A stretch of 64,000 bases of DNA from Christensenellaceae bacterium Phil7 (GCA_001940845.1 MSGV01000023.1:404355-468354); one strand, 5' to 3'; shown: positions 30,901 through 40,999, counted from the stretch's first letter. A program made the numbers and translations. Notes: generated by a model from the letters alone, not told the origin.

Positions 30901-31182
30901 ATTTTATCCTCATCCAATACCTACTCCTAAGACTATCCATTATTAATACAAATCCGCACGTCAAAATTATATTCGACAGGGTTTCATGGCATAATCTATA
31001 TTTATTCGAGTTTAACACATTTAATGATAAAATTCAAGATTTCGATCGGTATATTTTTACTTTTCTTAGCCAACTCGATTATAATTAATTATGCGGCTTT
31101 GTTAACAGCATTTGGCATGCTATCGATAAAGGAGCGAAGCCACGTTTGAAGTACGGCCTCAGCTCCCTTATCCTTTAAATTC

Positions 31183-31353
31183 CTATCTTATATACGGCAG
31201 TTCCACAAGCACCGTACCTACACAGATCAGCAATACTATCAATGCAATACCCAGCACTGCACCGTACCGCTTTCTTTTTGCGCAGTGCACTATATATAGA
31301 ACATCGTAAATTACTACTAAAAATGTAATAACAGGTACCAACAAACCACTCAT
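31183..31353 (-). CDS. 56-aa two-TM small membrane protein directly downstream of gerC (candidate germinant-receptor D-type subunit)
   Basis: My own translation: MSGLLVPVITFLVVIYDVLYIVHCAKRKRYGAVLGIALIVLLICVGTVLVELPYIR. The ATG lies 5 nt after the gerC stop. It is below the track's length cut-off, and the RBS is only weak. Confidence 0.45.
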   Translation of the reverse strand: MSGLLVPVITFLVVIYDVLYIVHCAKRKRYGAVLGIALIVLLICVGTVLVELPYIR

Positions 31354-31358
31354 ACTTT

Positions 31359-32588
31359 TCACTGCCTCGTAATCGCAATATATATATCCCCTAGGACGAT
31401 TTCAGCATTAAACTCAATCTCTATTTCGGGGTATATATCCTTCCAACAAAATGCTTCCCATTCCTCCACGCTATTAAATTGTTTTGAAACGTATCTGCCT
31501 ATTCCAATAGCATCGCTATTTACCTCCTGGCAATGCTTTGCAACTCTTTCAAGTTCGCTTTCAAAATAATCAGTCACCATCTTTTTGCCTTTTTCTTCCC
31601 ATGTTCTGCCAAGTTCTCCGGTTGGATCCTGTTCTATAGTTATGCTCAACGTCAGATTAATGTCAGCTTTTATTCCATCATCCATCTCTATCCCAATTCG
31701 ACAATCGGCAAGCTTTGTTAAAATAACATATTGCAAATCTTTATCAATATTCATCATAATGCTTCCGCTATTAAATCTTCCGGATGCAATATTCAAAATC
31801 TGAGTATCATGAGCGGAGAGCTTACTCACCATTTTCCAGCCATCAAACAGCGCTGCCCCATCCATATGCGTCTGCATTCCGCCCAGTTTATCCTTGGGAT
31901 CTTCGATAGGATTTTCTCCAGTTGAAGCAATATCCTGCTGTTTTGCATCGGTTACGATTTTATCATCCACAGCTCCATAGGTAAGGGCAACATCAAATCT
32001 CCTTCCTTCGCAGGATTCAAACAGCGTCCCGATATTCATTATCGATGTTTCACCAATTGTTCTTTCGCTCTGCAGTAAATTTTCATGAACCCTTGTAGCA
32101 TTAGCTTCATTATTTGCATTTCGCCCTCCAAGAAATTCCTTTGCAGTCCCTTCAGCAATCAATAGAATGGCAGACTGCCTAATACGCAGTTTTTCAAGAG
32201 ACATCTCAAAAAAATCCTGCATTTTTCCACTTTCTGCAATCTTTTTTCCAAAAACAAATGCATATGTTCTTGCAAAACTCAAATCAAATGCCAGTCTTCT
32301 ATAGAGAGTATTGATGGCTTCAAATATCGTATCCCCCTGCTCCGATAGCAGTATGACCCCGCCCGGTCCCATATTCTGCTCTGCACCCGCAAGCTCACGC
32401 TGGAGTTCAAGCGTAATCTCATATTTCTTTTTTTCGCCCTCATCCACACCTATGGTAAGCACATAACCATATTTTTCAAGACTGATTGGGTTCATGCATG
32501 CGGTCATTGGCATAAGAAGAGAGAGACACAAAACCAATGTTAAAATAACTTTAGACGCCTTTTGCATAATTTTTCTCCGTATTTTCAT
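31359..32588 (-). CDS. Spore germination protein, Ger(x)C lipoprotein family
   Basis: Lipobox LLMPMTA|C, GerAC-like body, overlaps the preceding B-subunit gene. Confidence 0.9.
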   Translation of the reverse strand: MKIRRKIMQKASKVILTLVLCLSLLMPMTACMNPISLEKYGYVLTIGVDEGEKKKYEITLELQRELAGAEQNMGPGGVILLSEQGDTIFEAINTLYRRLAFDLSFARTYAFVFGKKIAESGKMQDFFEMSLEKLRIRQSAILLIAEGTAKEFLGGRNANNEANATRVHENLLQSERTIGETSIMNIGTLFESCEGRRFDVALTYGAVDDKIVTDAKQQDIASTGENPIEDPKDKLGGMQTHMDGAALFDGWKMVSKLSAHDTQILNIASGRFNSGSIMMNIDKDLQYVILTKLADCRIGIEMDDGIKADINLTLSITIEQDPTGELGRTWEEKGKKMVTDYFESELERVAKHCQEVNSDAIGIGRYVSKQFNSVEEWEAFCWKDIYPEIEIEFNAEIVLGDIYIAITRQ

Positions 32589-33678
32589 TACGCTTAAACA
32601 ATGAAATCAGGCTGGAAACAATCAGCGGTACAGCAAAAACTGCACCTCCTGCGGAAATCCAAAGATGTGATAACCATTCATTCTTTGATAACACACCTCC
32701 AAACTCCATCAAAACAAAAATACCCGTCAATAAGCCTACCGGCACGACGACCGGACGGATATCCCTGATTCCAAAGCTTCTTGAAAAGAGTGCTGAGCCT
32801 GCATAAATATAAAATGCACCTGTAAGCATGGAGCCATTCATCCAGAATATCTGCGCTATCTTATCCAACCTCATAATGTTTCCTTCATCTATGCTGATAT
32901 GGTTTATCCTGCATAGAGGCATAACCAATTTTTGCAGCTCACTATATGTAAAAACCATGCCCAATAAAAGCTGAATTACCGCACAGATTGCTGCCGAGAT
33001 CAGGCCTGCATAGATTCCAACATTCCGCATATTCTTATGTCCATTCAGACCTTTACAGCATATGAGAAGTGCTGTAAACGCTGGTAAAAATGCAACTGTT
33101 TCTGAAAGCGAAAGCTGCATTCCCTGTTTCAGCCCACAGCCTAAAATCGGATATAGCCTGTAACTCTCATATTCACCTGCTGCGGCCAATACTGTTGCCA
33201 ATGTAACCACTAACAGCAATATAAAATAGCATTTAGCAGTCCTCCCAAGGGTTTCAAGCCCCATCCAGGCAATTATTATAATGCTGGGCAGCATAAAAAC
33301 AAGGATCATACGGTAAGTCACGCCGCTGAAAAATAGGCCATGCATTACCTGAACAAAGCGGGCAAGAGGATCGTATGCAGCGAAAGCAAACCCAAGCATT
33401 AGTATGGTCGAAATCACACTGCGCCCTACCTTTCCGCATGTATCCTCCAGCATTTCTGACAGCTCTTCATATCCCGAACGCTTCATGCATGCTGAAACCA
33501 GCAGAAATACCAATAATGATAATATTGCCGCAATTGCCAGCGTCACATAGCTTACATTTCCATTCGAATATGTAAAGTCGGGATCAAGGGTGAATAATCC
33601 GACCACACACATTGAAATCGCAGCAAGACACAGCCCCTCCTGTTTTCCTATTCTTCCTTCTCTAAGATTCATAAACAA
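32551..33678 (-). CDS. Spore germination protein, Ger(x)B (APC-transporter-like) subunit
   Basis: 375-aa ~10-TM protein between the A and C subunit genes. Confidence 0.9.
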   Translation of the reverse strand: MFMNLREGRIGKQEGLCLAAISMCVVGLFTLDPDFTYSNGNVSYVTLAIAAILSLLVFLLVSACMKRSGYEELSEMLEDTCGKVGRSVISTILMLGFAFAAYDPLARFVQVMHGLFFSGVTYRMILVFMLPSIIIIAWMGLETLGRTAKCYFILLLVVTLATVLAAAGEYESYRLYPILGCGLKQGMQLSLSETVAFLPAFTALLICCKGLNGHKNMRNVGIYAGLISAAICAVIQLLLGMVFTYSELQKLVMPLCRINHISIDEGNIMRLDKIAQIFWMNGSMLTGAFYIYAGSALFSRSFGIRDIRPVVVPVGLLTGIFVLMEFGGVLSKNEWLSHLWISAGGAVFAVPLIVSSLISLFKRNENTEKNYAKGV

Positions 33679-33697
33679 AGCTCCCTAAATAAATGAT

Positions 33698-35302
33698 TTA
33701 TTCGTTCGTAGATCTTTTTGGCAGGGTATCGCAAGCAGCATTTATATAATCCTCCGAACGATGATTCATCTTTATGCTGCCGCGCAATATCAGCGGACGT
33801 TTTGAATAGGTCTTTGGGGCATATGGTGCGAGGAACGGCACGCCAAATGATTTCAAGCTGGCCAGATATGCTATAAATAGCATAAATGCTGCTGAAAGCC
33901 CCAATAACCCCCCCATCCATGCTGCTATCATAAATGCAATGCGGAAATATGATGCAGCAAGCTGAGTTGAATAATCCGGTATGCAGAAATTTCCGAGCCC
34001 GGACAGTGCAACAATTATCAAAACCATAGAACTGGCTATATTCGCAGCAACGGCCGCCTGACCAACAATCAATCCGCCAATTATGCCTATCGCCTGACCG
34101 ATGCTGCCAGGTACACGCATACCAGCTTCGCGTATAAGCTGAAATACGGCCAGAATCAGCAGCATCTCTATACCAAGAGGTTCAAATACGGTTTTTCTTG
34201 ACTGCACTATTGTGCTTAGCACCTCGGTTGACAGCAAACCCTGATGAAAAAGCGCAAGAGCAAGAAAATACCCCGGCAGCAATATCGATATTGCTGCGCC
34301 AATATAGCGTACCAGCCTCATTATCGAGCCCACAGGCTTTCTTAGATATATATCTTCAGACGAGCTCATCAATGTCGAAAATGTTATGGGCACTATTACA
34401 GCAAACGGAGTTCCATCTGCCAGGACCGCAACTCCTCCACGCATAATATAATTTGCAGTTCGATCCGGCCGCTCCGTTGCAAGAGATTGAGGTATGGGCG
34501 AATTAGGAGAATCCTCTATAAGCTGCTCTATAATACCAGTACTGAATACCATTCGTATATTAATTCTCGCAAGCCTCTTTTTAACCTCGTCGATCAAACT
34601 TCTATCTGCAACGCCATCTCTATATATTATTGCAATTGATGTATTGTTATCGCCTCCAGACAATCGAGTTTCGACAACCAAATCATCCGATCGAATTATT
34701 CGGCGGACTAGCGTTATGTTCGTTCGAAGGCTTTCATTAAAACCCTCTTTCGGACCCCTGACCACTTTCTCGTTTTCTGCTCCTGATATGCTGCGCTTCT
34801 CATATCCTCGAGATTCAAGAATAATGGCCATTGGCTCACCATTAAGAAAAAGTGCAGTCTGTCCCTCCATTATTGCAAGCTTTATATCGATCAAATTGGT
34901 CTCCCTATGCATTTCAGCAATCTCGATGCAGCATTCGGACAGCATATCAAGGTCAGGACATACCGATTCGTTTAGACCCAAAATTGGTTTAATTATGTAC
35001 TCGCTTATAGTGTTTGCGCTTGCCATCCCATTCATATGAACGAGCAGTATGTTTTTACTTCCCGCACGTAGCTTCGTAAATATAACGTCCTTATTTATAT
35101 CAGTGCGGAATATCTTTTTAAGTTCCTTTTCAACCTCCTCAATCGAGCTCGGGCATGCCCTAGCAGCTTCCTCTCCCTGTGCATATATATCATTCCACCC
35201 GAACATCTTTTGGGGATCGCCTTTCTCGCGCTCAAGAAGTTCATAGCGTGTATCAGGTTTATCAAATGCAAGTTTTTCACTTATTTTTTTGAAAAAAGAC
35301 AT
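33698..35302 (-). CDS. Spore germination protein, Ger(x)A subunit
   Basis: GerA-family soluble N-domain plus C-terminal TM bundle (RPDRTANYIMRGGVAVLADGTPFAVIVP). GGGAGAG RBS before ATG 35302. Confidence 0.92.
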   Translation of the reverse strand: MSFFKKISEKLAFDKPDTRYELLEREKGDPQKMFGWNDIYAQGEEAARACPSSIEEVEKELKKIFRTDINKDVIFTKLRAGSKNILLVHMNGMASANTISEYIIKPILGLNESVCPDLDMLSECCIEIAEMHRETNLIDIKLAIMEGQTALFLNGEPMAIILESRGYEKRSISGAENEKVVRGPKEGFNESLRTNITLVRRIIRSDDLVVETRLSGGDNNTSIAIIYRDGVADRSLIDEVKKRLARINIRMVFSTGIIEQLIEDSPNSPIPQSLATERPDRTANYIMRGGVAVLADGTPFAVIVPITFSTLMSSSEDIYLRKPVGSIMRLVRYIGAAISILLPGYFLALALFHQGLLSTEVLSTIVQSRKTVFEPLGIEMLLILAVFQLIREAGMRVPGSIGQAIGIIGGLIVGQAAVAANIASSMVLIIVALSGLGNFCIPDYSTQLAASYFRIAFMIAAWMGGLLGLSAAFMLFIAYLASLKSFGVPFLAPYAPKTYSKRPLILRGSIKMNHRSEDYINAACDTLPKRSTNE

Positions 35303-35504
35303 TTTTATCTCTCCCATCGTTTATTCCTTCGAGCATAAAGCCCGAAGGCTTTTCGGTTATTTAGTATTATTTACCCTTTAAGCTATTTTCATTCTACAAT
35401 AAAACCGCACAAACGAAGCTATCGGCATTTGAAATATTCAGTCATTTTTATATGGTCAACTCACATATGATTAATTGAAAGCTGGCTGAAAGGAATTAAC
35501 TAAA

Positions 35505-36353
35505 ATGAAAGTATTTGTGGTGACAAAGAAGAATCTGCTTATAGCGGCTGCGATCGTCATCGTGATCATAGCGGCTGCGATTATTGCAATCGTAAGCGGC
35601 GGCACTGATCCAACCATCAGCATGAATAATACACCCGCTCCCAGTCATTCCACCTCAGGGATGCAGGATGTTGAGAACTATGAGGTTGCAGTATTTGCGG
35701 GCCTTATGAAGGAGCTTCCAGTCTATAGCGTCTCCCGCGATGATAAAAAAATCGCTTTGACCATCGATGCCGCTTGGGCTGATGATAAGACCGATTTCAT
35801 ACTGGAAACTCTTGAAAAGTACGATATAAAAGCTACCTTTTTCCTATGCGGTTTCTGGGCAAAGGAATACCCCGATATGGTAAAGCGAATCAATGATGCC
35901 GGCCATGAAATCGGAAATCATTCTGCAAGCCATCCCCATATGAATAAGCTGAGTTCTGACCAAATTTTGGCTGAACTAAAGGAATACGATGATTTCCTTG
36001 AATCCATCATAAATAAGCGCTCCAAGCTTTTCCGGGCACCCTATGGTGAATATAATGATAATGTGATCAAGACGGTACGCGGTGCAGGATATGAGGTCAT
36101 TCAATGGGATATCGATACTATTGACTGGAAAGAGGAGCGGAGCGCAGATACTATATTGGACTGGGTGCTGCCCAAATTAAAGCCAGGTTCCATTATATTA
36201 TCACATAATAATGGCTTCAAGATCGAACAATACCTTCCAACGCTCATTGAAACAGCTATCTCACAGGGCTATGAATTCGTAACCATCAGCGAACTTCTGC
36301 TTGAAGGAAACACTATAATAGATGTGAACGGAGTCCAGAAGCCCGCAGAATAA
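35505..36353 (+). CDS. Membrane-anchored CE4 polysaccharide deacetylase (PdaB-like sporulation type)
   Basis: N-terminal TM helix and a NodB domain with a variant first motif (LTIDAAWADD) and HSASHPHM. Confidence 0.8.
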   Translation: MKVFVVTKKNLLIAAAIVIVIIAAAIIAIVSGGTDPTISMNNTPAPSHSTSGMQDVENYEVAVFAGLMKELPVYSVSRDDKKIALTIDAAWADDKTDFILETLEKYDIKATFFLCGFWAKEYPDMVKRINDAGHEIGNHSASHPHMNKLSSDQILAELKEYDDFLESIINKRSKLFRAPYGEYNDNVIKTVRGAGYEVIQWDIDTIDWKEERSADTILDWVLPKLKPGSIILSHNNGFKIEQYLPTLIETAISQGYEFVTISELLLEGNTIIDVNGVQKPAE

Positions 36354-36380
36354 TATATACGTTTCGCAAAATCTTCATGC

Positions 36381-36434
36381 AAAACCGACTGGTCATATGA
36401 TCGTTCATCATATGACCAGCCGGGCTCTCTTTTA
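36381..36434. terminator. Bidirectional terminator between convergent genes
   Basis: 13-bp perfect stem CTGGTCATATGAT/ATCATATGACCAG with a 5-nt loop, flanked by AAAA upstream and TCTCTTTT downstream. Confidence 0.75.
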
Positions 36435-36450
36435 AATAACTAGATTTTAT

Positions 36451-37929
36451 TTAAGTATGGCATCTTCCGCTTTTTTCGGTACAGCTTCTAATCCTTGCGG
36501 CAAGTTCGGCACTCGCCTCACCTTCAAGTAATCTCCACCGCCAGTTTCCTTTTCGTGTACCGGGCGTATTTATTCGGCTGCCATAAGTCAATCCCAAATA
36601 ATCCTGCATCTGAGCTATAAAAATGCAAGCCCGTGAATTCATACCCGCTCGTATCATCCCCCAGTCATATCCCTCTGCTTTCTTCAACCCCAAATACTTC
36701 TTTGAGAATTCAAGTTCATGTTTACAAGCAATTTTCCGCCAAAGCTTTAATGGAGGATTATCATGCGTCCCCGTATAACATACGGAGTTTTTTTTCTGGT
36801 TTATCGGTAAATATGGATTCCTTTCGTCACCTCCAAATGCAAATTCCATCACGTTCATTCCGGGAAAACCGGAATAATCCAGAAGCATCCTGACCTCATT
36901 GGTTATAACACCCAAATCTTCGGCAATAAACTCCAGGTTTGGAAAATCATTTTTGACAAAGTCTATAAAGCTCTCTCCCGGACCTTTAACCCAAAACCCA
37001 TCTCTGGCCGTCTTCATTCCATAAGGTACTGCCCAAAAACTCTCCAAACCACGAAAATGGTCGATTCTTATAATATCGTACAGCAGCTCCGCCCTTTTTA
37101 GCCGATTCTTCCACCACGTGAATCCATTCAGCTTCATATGCTGCCAATCATATATCGGGTTGCCCCATAGCTGCCCATTTTTTGAAAAATAATCCGGCGG
37201 AACTCCGGAAACAAGCTGCGGACTGCCATTCGGCCCAAGCAAAAATTCTTCTCTATTTGCCCATACATCAGCCGAGTCAAATGCAACATAGATTGGAATA
37301 TCGCCAATTATCTTTATTCCTTTACTATTTGCATATAATTTTATTGCCTCCCATTGCCGAAAGAAAAGAAACTGAATAAATGCTAAAATATCGATTTCAT
37401 CTTTAAATCGCGCGCCATCATCGCCTATAATGCTCAATTCATGTAATCTGGCTCGTTCATCCTCCCATTTTGTCCATATTTCCATATTATAATGTTGTTT
37501 TAAAGCCATAAAGCTACAATAATCTTGAAGCCATACATTTTCTTTTTTGAATAGATCAAATTCCGCATTGCCTCGGCCACGTTCGGCTGCAAGCTTCAGA
37601 AGACCAAACCTTTTATCATATAGCTTTCCATAATCAACACGGCGTGGATCAGTACCAAAATTGACGGAATTCACCTCGGAGTTTTTCAGCAAACCCTCCT
37701 CTACCAAAAGATCCAAATCGATAAAATAAGGGTTGCCTGCAAATGCTGAAAAGCAGCAATATGGTGAATCTCCACAGCCCGTCGGATTCAATGGGAGTAT
37801 CTGCCAATAGCTCTGTCCGGCCATTGCAAGAAAATCGATAAAATCGCGCGCCGCCTCACCCAAACTGCCTATACCATACTTACTAGGCAGTGAAAATATT
37901 GGCAAAAGAATACCTGCACCACGCTGCAT
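36451..37929 (-). CDS. malQ: 4-alpha-glucanotransferase (amylomaltase)
   Basis: MQRGAGILLPIFSLPS...GIGSLG start; GH77 motifs (RIDHFRG, AEDLG, GTHDN). Confidence 0.93.
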   Translation of the reverse strand: MQRGAGILLPIFSLPSKYGIGSLGEAARDFIDFLAMAGQSYWQILPLNPTGCGDSPYCCFSAFAGNPYFIDLDLLVEEGLLKNSEVNSVNFGTDPRRVDYGKLYDKRFGLLKLAAERGRGNAEFDLFKKENVWLQDYCSFMALKQHYNMEIWTKWEDERARLHELSIIGDDGARFKDEIDILAFIQFLFFRQWEAIKLYANSKGIKIIGDIPIYVAFDSADVWANREEFLLGPNGSPQLVSGVPPDYFSKNGQLWGNPIYDWQHMKLNGFTWWKNRLKRAELLYDIIRIDHFRGLESFWAVPYGMKTARDGFWVKGPGESFIDFVKNDFPNLEFIAEDLGVITNEVRMLLDYSGFPGMNVMEFAFGGDERNPYLPINQKKNSVCYTGTHDNPPLKLWRKIACKHELEFSKKYLGLKKAEGYDWGMIRAGMNSRACIFIAQMQDYLGLTYGSRINTPGTRKGNWRWRLLEGEASAELAARIRSCTEKSGRCHT

Positions 37930-37941
37930 TATCTTATCCTT

Positions 37942-38403
37942 TCAGTTACAACACTTTTTCATCAGATAATTGGTCATCTTTACGCCATTGCGCTCGACGA
38001 TCTGGGAATAAATCGCTTTATACCCTCTATTTTCAAAGAATGGCTTAGCAGTTATCGATGCATGTGTGGTAAAAATCTTACTATCCGAATCTCCTTCCAA
38101 CGCATCACAGATTGCCGTTGCGATTCCCTGCCCCTGAAAATTACAGTGTACATACAACCTATCCAAATAGCCATCCTCAGCCATATCTGCAAATCCGACA
38201 ATACATTCATCCGTAACGGCAACCAATGTACGGTGCTTCAAAAATTTTTCATTCCAGCTATCCATATCCGGTTTTCCATCCGCCCATGCGTCAAGCTGCT
38301 CCGATGAATAATCCCGGGCATTTATGCTATGCACCGTATTATAAAATAACGCTGCAAGCTCCGCACAATACTCGGAACGATAATTTCTGAGCACAAATTC
38401 CAT
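37942..38403 (-). CDS. GNAT family N-acetyltransferase
   Basis: FQGQGIATAI acetyl-CoA motif; 153 aa. Confidence 0.85.
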   Translation of the reverse strand: MEFVLRNYRSEYCAELAALFYNTVHSINARDYSSEQLDAWADGKPDMDSWNEKFLKHRTLVAVTDECIVGFADMAEDGYLDRLYVHCNFQGQGIATAICDALEGDSDSKIFTTHASITAKPFFENRGYKAIYSQIVERNGVKMTNYLMKKCCN

Positions 38404-38406
38404 ATA

Positions 38407-38979
38407 TTACTCCTTCACACCATTAGCTTCGATATCTCGACCGGAAGCAGGCGTTAGATTCACCTTTTCCTTGATAAAAGCAATGATGCGCTGCTTCTCC
38501 TCTTCATTATCAAATGCGCTCATTGGAATAATATAAACAATCGAGCCGTCAAAATATAAGTATATGCCATTATTCGTAACTGCAATTGCTTGAATACCCG
38601 CATACAGACATTTACATTCATCGAAACGTGTTTTTAACAAATAATAATCATCCTCAAATCGAATAATGCATTCTTTTGAGGCTGTTAAATTACCGCTCTG
38701 TATTTGTCGCTCAAGTTGTTTACGTATTGATCTGAGAAAAATGCGTTTAGTGAAAAATAAGTTATAAACCGCAAAAACCAGAACGCATATACCAGGAATA
38801 TAAAATTTAATGGTTAAGCCATATAACCAATACAGGCAAAATATTAACACCGCGTACAATAAGCCATTACGTATGCGAAAGTTCTTCATGTTCTTCTTGC
38901 CCTGCGGTGATTCGGTACCATTAAACGCTAAGAAATCAAATCGGTCCTGTTCATCGATAATGTATTTTAGTTCATACAT
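38407..38979 (-). CDS. YcxB-like membrane protein
   Basis: Two central TM helices and a C-terminal YcxB-like beta region. GGAGGG RBS 6 nt before ATG 38979. Confidence 0.55.
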   Translation of the reverse strand: MYELKYIIDEQDRFDFLAFNGTESPQGKKNMKNFRIRNGLLYAVLIFCLYWLYGLTIKFYIPGICVLVFAVYNLFFTKRIFLRSIRKQLERQIQSGNLTASKECIIRFEDDYYLLKTRFDECKCLYAGIQAIAVTNNGIYLYFDGSIVYIIPMSAFDNEEEKQRIIAFIKEKVNLTPASGRDIEANGVKE

Positions 38980-39151
38980 AACAATCCCTCCAATTGCATT
39001 TTTCATTGATATTATACACTGTTACGCGAATAAACGCAAGCAGTTTATACGGAGTCCTGATTGCTGAAATGGTATCAAAGAGATAAAAGCGATCAACTAA
39101 CATTTTATCTTTTAAAATAAGTTAAATTTACTCATGTGCACATACCTCCTA

Positions 39152-39180
39152 TTGACAGATTCAGTATTTAAAGTTAAAAT
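39152..39180 (+). promoter_or_regulatory. Sigma-A promoter positioned for a leaderless ksgA mRNA
   Basis: TTGACA (39152-57), 17 nt, TAAAAT (39175-80). The ksgA ATG begins 7 nt after the -10, and there is no SD sequence. Confidence 0.5.
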
Positions 39181-39186
39181 CCATTT

Positions 39187-40005
39187 ATGCTTAATTCCAA
39201 AGAAATCATCCTGCAATCAGGACTAAATCCAAACAAGGCGCTTGGTCAGAATTTTCTTATAGATAGCGCCGCGATCGAGCGTATCATATCCCTAAGCCAA
39301 TGCAGCGGAATGCCTGTACTCGAGATTGGTCCAGGGCTCGGTGCGCTTACAAGCGAACTGATAAATCATGCATCCAAGGTGATCGCCATAGAAATTGATG
39401 GACGAATGGTTGAGCTTTTATCGAAAAATCTCGCAGCCACTAACCTCAATATAATACATGCTGATTTCATGAAGTATCCCCTTTCTGAACTTGCTCATAC
39501 GTTTGGAGATGAGCAATGCATTGTTGTCGGGAATCTTCCGTATTATATCACATCTCCCATTTGTCAAAGACTAATGGATAGTTCGCTGAACGTGAGCCGC
39601 ATGGTGCTTATGATGCAGTCTGAAGCAGCTGACCGCTTCATGGCAAAGCCCGGGGATAAGAACTATGTACCTATATCCGTTATAGCTCAACAGTTATATA
39701 ACATATCGATCGGTCTGAAGCTATCTCCGGCCTCCTATTTTCCTTCCCCCGAAGTGAACTCAACGGTTTTGCTCTTTGAACGCAGCTCACGAAGCTTTCC
39801 TGCTAATTTCGTGCGCATCGTAAAAGCTGCATTTGCCATGAGAAGAAAAACCATTTATAACAATTTGTTAAGCCTTTCAGATAAGCATACGACGAGTAAA
39901 CTCCTTGAGAAGGCTAACATTTCTCATGAAATACGTGCTGAAGCTTTAAGCCCGGAAGAATTCTTCGCTCTGGCCATCGAATATGACGAAATCATTGCAA
40001 AATAG
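39187..40005 (+). CDS. rsmA: 16S rRNA (adenine1518/1519-N6)-dimethyltransferase
   Basis: KALGQNFLID, VLEIGPGLGALT SAM motif, GNLPYYITSPI. Confidence 0.93.
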   Translation: MLNSKEIILQSGLNPNKALGQNFLIDSAAIERIISLSQCSGMPVLEIGPGLGALTSELINHASKVIAIEIDGRMVELLSKNLAATNLNIIHADFMKYPLSELAHTFGDEQCIVVGNLPYYITSPICQRLMDSSLNVSRMVLMMQSEAADRFMAKPGDKNYVPISVIAQQLYNISIGLKLSPASYFPSPEVNSTVLLFERSSRSFPANFVRIVKAAFAMRRKTIYNNLLSLSDKHTTSKLLEKANISHEIRAEALSPEEFFALAIEYDEIIAK

Positions 40006-40098
40006 CTGTTTTCAATATATTTTCGTTATTTTCGATTTGGTTGTATTGAATATTATCGTTTTTTGTGTTATTATGTCATCATCTCGGAGGTAAAAGCA

Positions 40099-40527
40099 AT
40101 GCAAAAAACGAACAATAACATACCATTTGATGCTTCCAATGCAGGGGCTTCAAAAACCATTATACCACTGGGCGCATTTGGCTCCATTGTGGAAGCTGCG
40201 AAAACGCCTTCCGAGTTGCTTATATTCATGGGTTTCTGCCCTGACCAGCTCGGCTTTGCCTATCTTTCCTACGGCGTTGCTCTCGTATATGAAAGCCGCA
40301 AGAACTATTATTCTGATAAATTAGATGTGCTTAGTGCAATAACAAGCAGGTTTAACGTCAGCAAATCGCGAGCAGTCGATAATATGCAGCATGCAATTTC
40401 AGGCGCATGGAATGGAGCTTTTGGTTCTCAGCTTCGCGCGAGCTTCCCAACCACAGTCTGCAATCAGCCCAAACCTATGGACTTTATATGCGGAGCAGCT
40501 ACATTTCTCACTGACAAGGTCAAATGA
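40099..40527 (+). CDS. Stand-alone Spo0A C-terminal (effector/DNA-binding) domain-like protein
   Basis: Aligns by eye to B. subtilis Spo0A residues ~155-260 (G..YL..A...VY, FNVSKSRAVDNMQHAISGAWN vs [20 protein letters not shown], KP...FI). No receiver domain. GGAGG RBS present. Confidence 0.65.
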   Translation: MQKTNNNIPFDASNAGASKTIIPLGAFGSIVEAAKTPSELLIFMGFCPDQLGFAYLSYGVALVYESRKNYYSDKLDVLSAITSRFNVSKSRAVDNMQHAISGAWNGAFGSQLRASFPTTVCNQPKPMDFICGAATFLTDKVK

Positions 40528-40916
40528 ACGGCTATTATTGCAGTAAGACTTGCTAATTGAAAATTTTTCATATGATTGCGTGTAGCTTGAATCTACCCGC
40601 AATCTCTTGTTTGTATGCGCCCTTTTTCATTACTGCAAATCCGTTCTTGTCTTCCACTCTGCTGATTTCGATAGGAATGGTACAGTCACCATGCAGGATG
40701 CGACCAATATAGGTTATGCTGCGCCCGGTCTCAGATAATTTAAGAAAAAACAAAGATTGAGCCACCAGAAACAGCTCATGCTGCCAATTCTATATTGGGC
40801 TTTCTCTATCACGGCAGTGTCCATTCCCAGCACATTTTTAGTAACGATAATTACTCTTCATTTTAGAAGGAACAGCGATATAAAAAACAAGCTATCCCAC
40901 CGCAATAGATTAGAAC

Positions 40917-40947
40917 GTAAAAACAAGAGCAGGATGCGCTGCTCTTG
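40917..40947 (-). terminator. Rho-independent terminator of the CE4 lipoprotein gene
   Basis: Minus strand CAAGAGCAG cgcatc CTGCTCTTG followed by TTTTTAC. Confidence 0.65.
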
Positions 40948-40999
40948 TAAAAAACACTTTATGGAATAACAGATTCGTCGCCCGATATACCCGGCAGAA

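Noticed and set aside
40568-40765. 65-aa minus-strand ORF in the 470-bp gap after the Spo0A_C-like gene, with a faint HTH/AbrB-like stretch (LSETGRSITYIGRILHGDCTIPIEISR)
   Set aside because: It has no convincing RBS, the upstream frame is broken by stops, and the similarity is too weak to name by eye. It may be a gene remnant or noise. It lies downstream of a good terminator (40917-40947), so it would need its own promoter.
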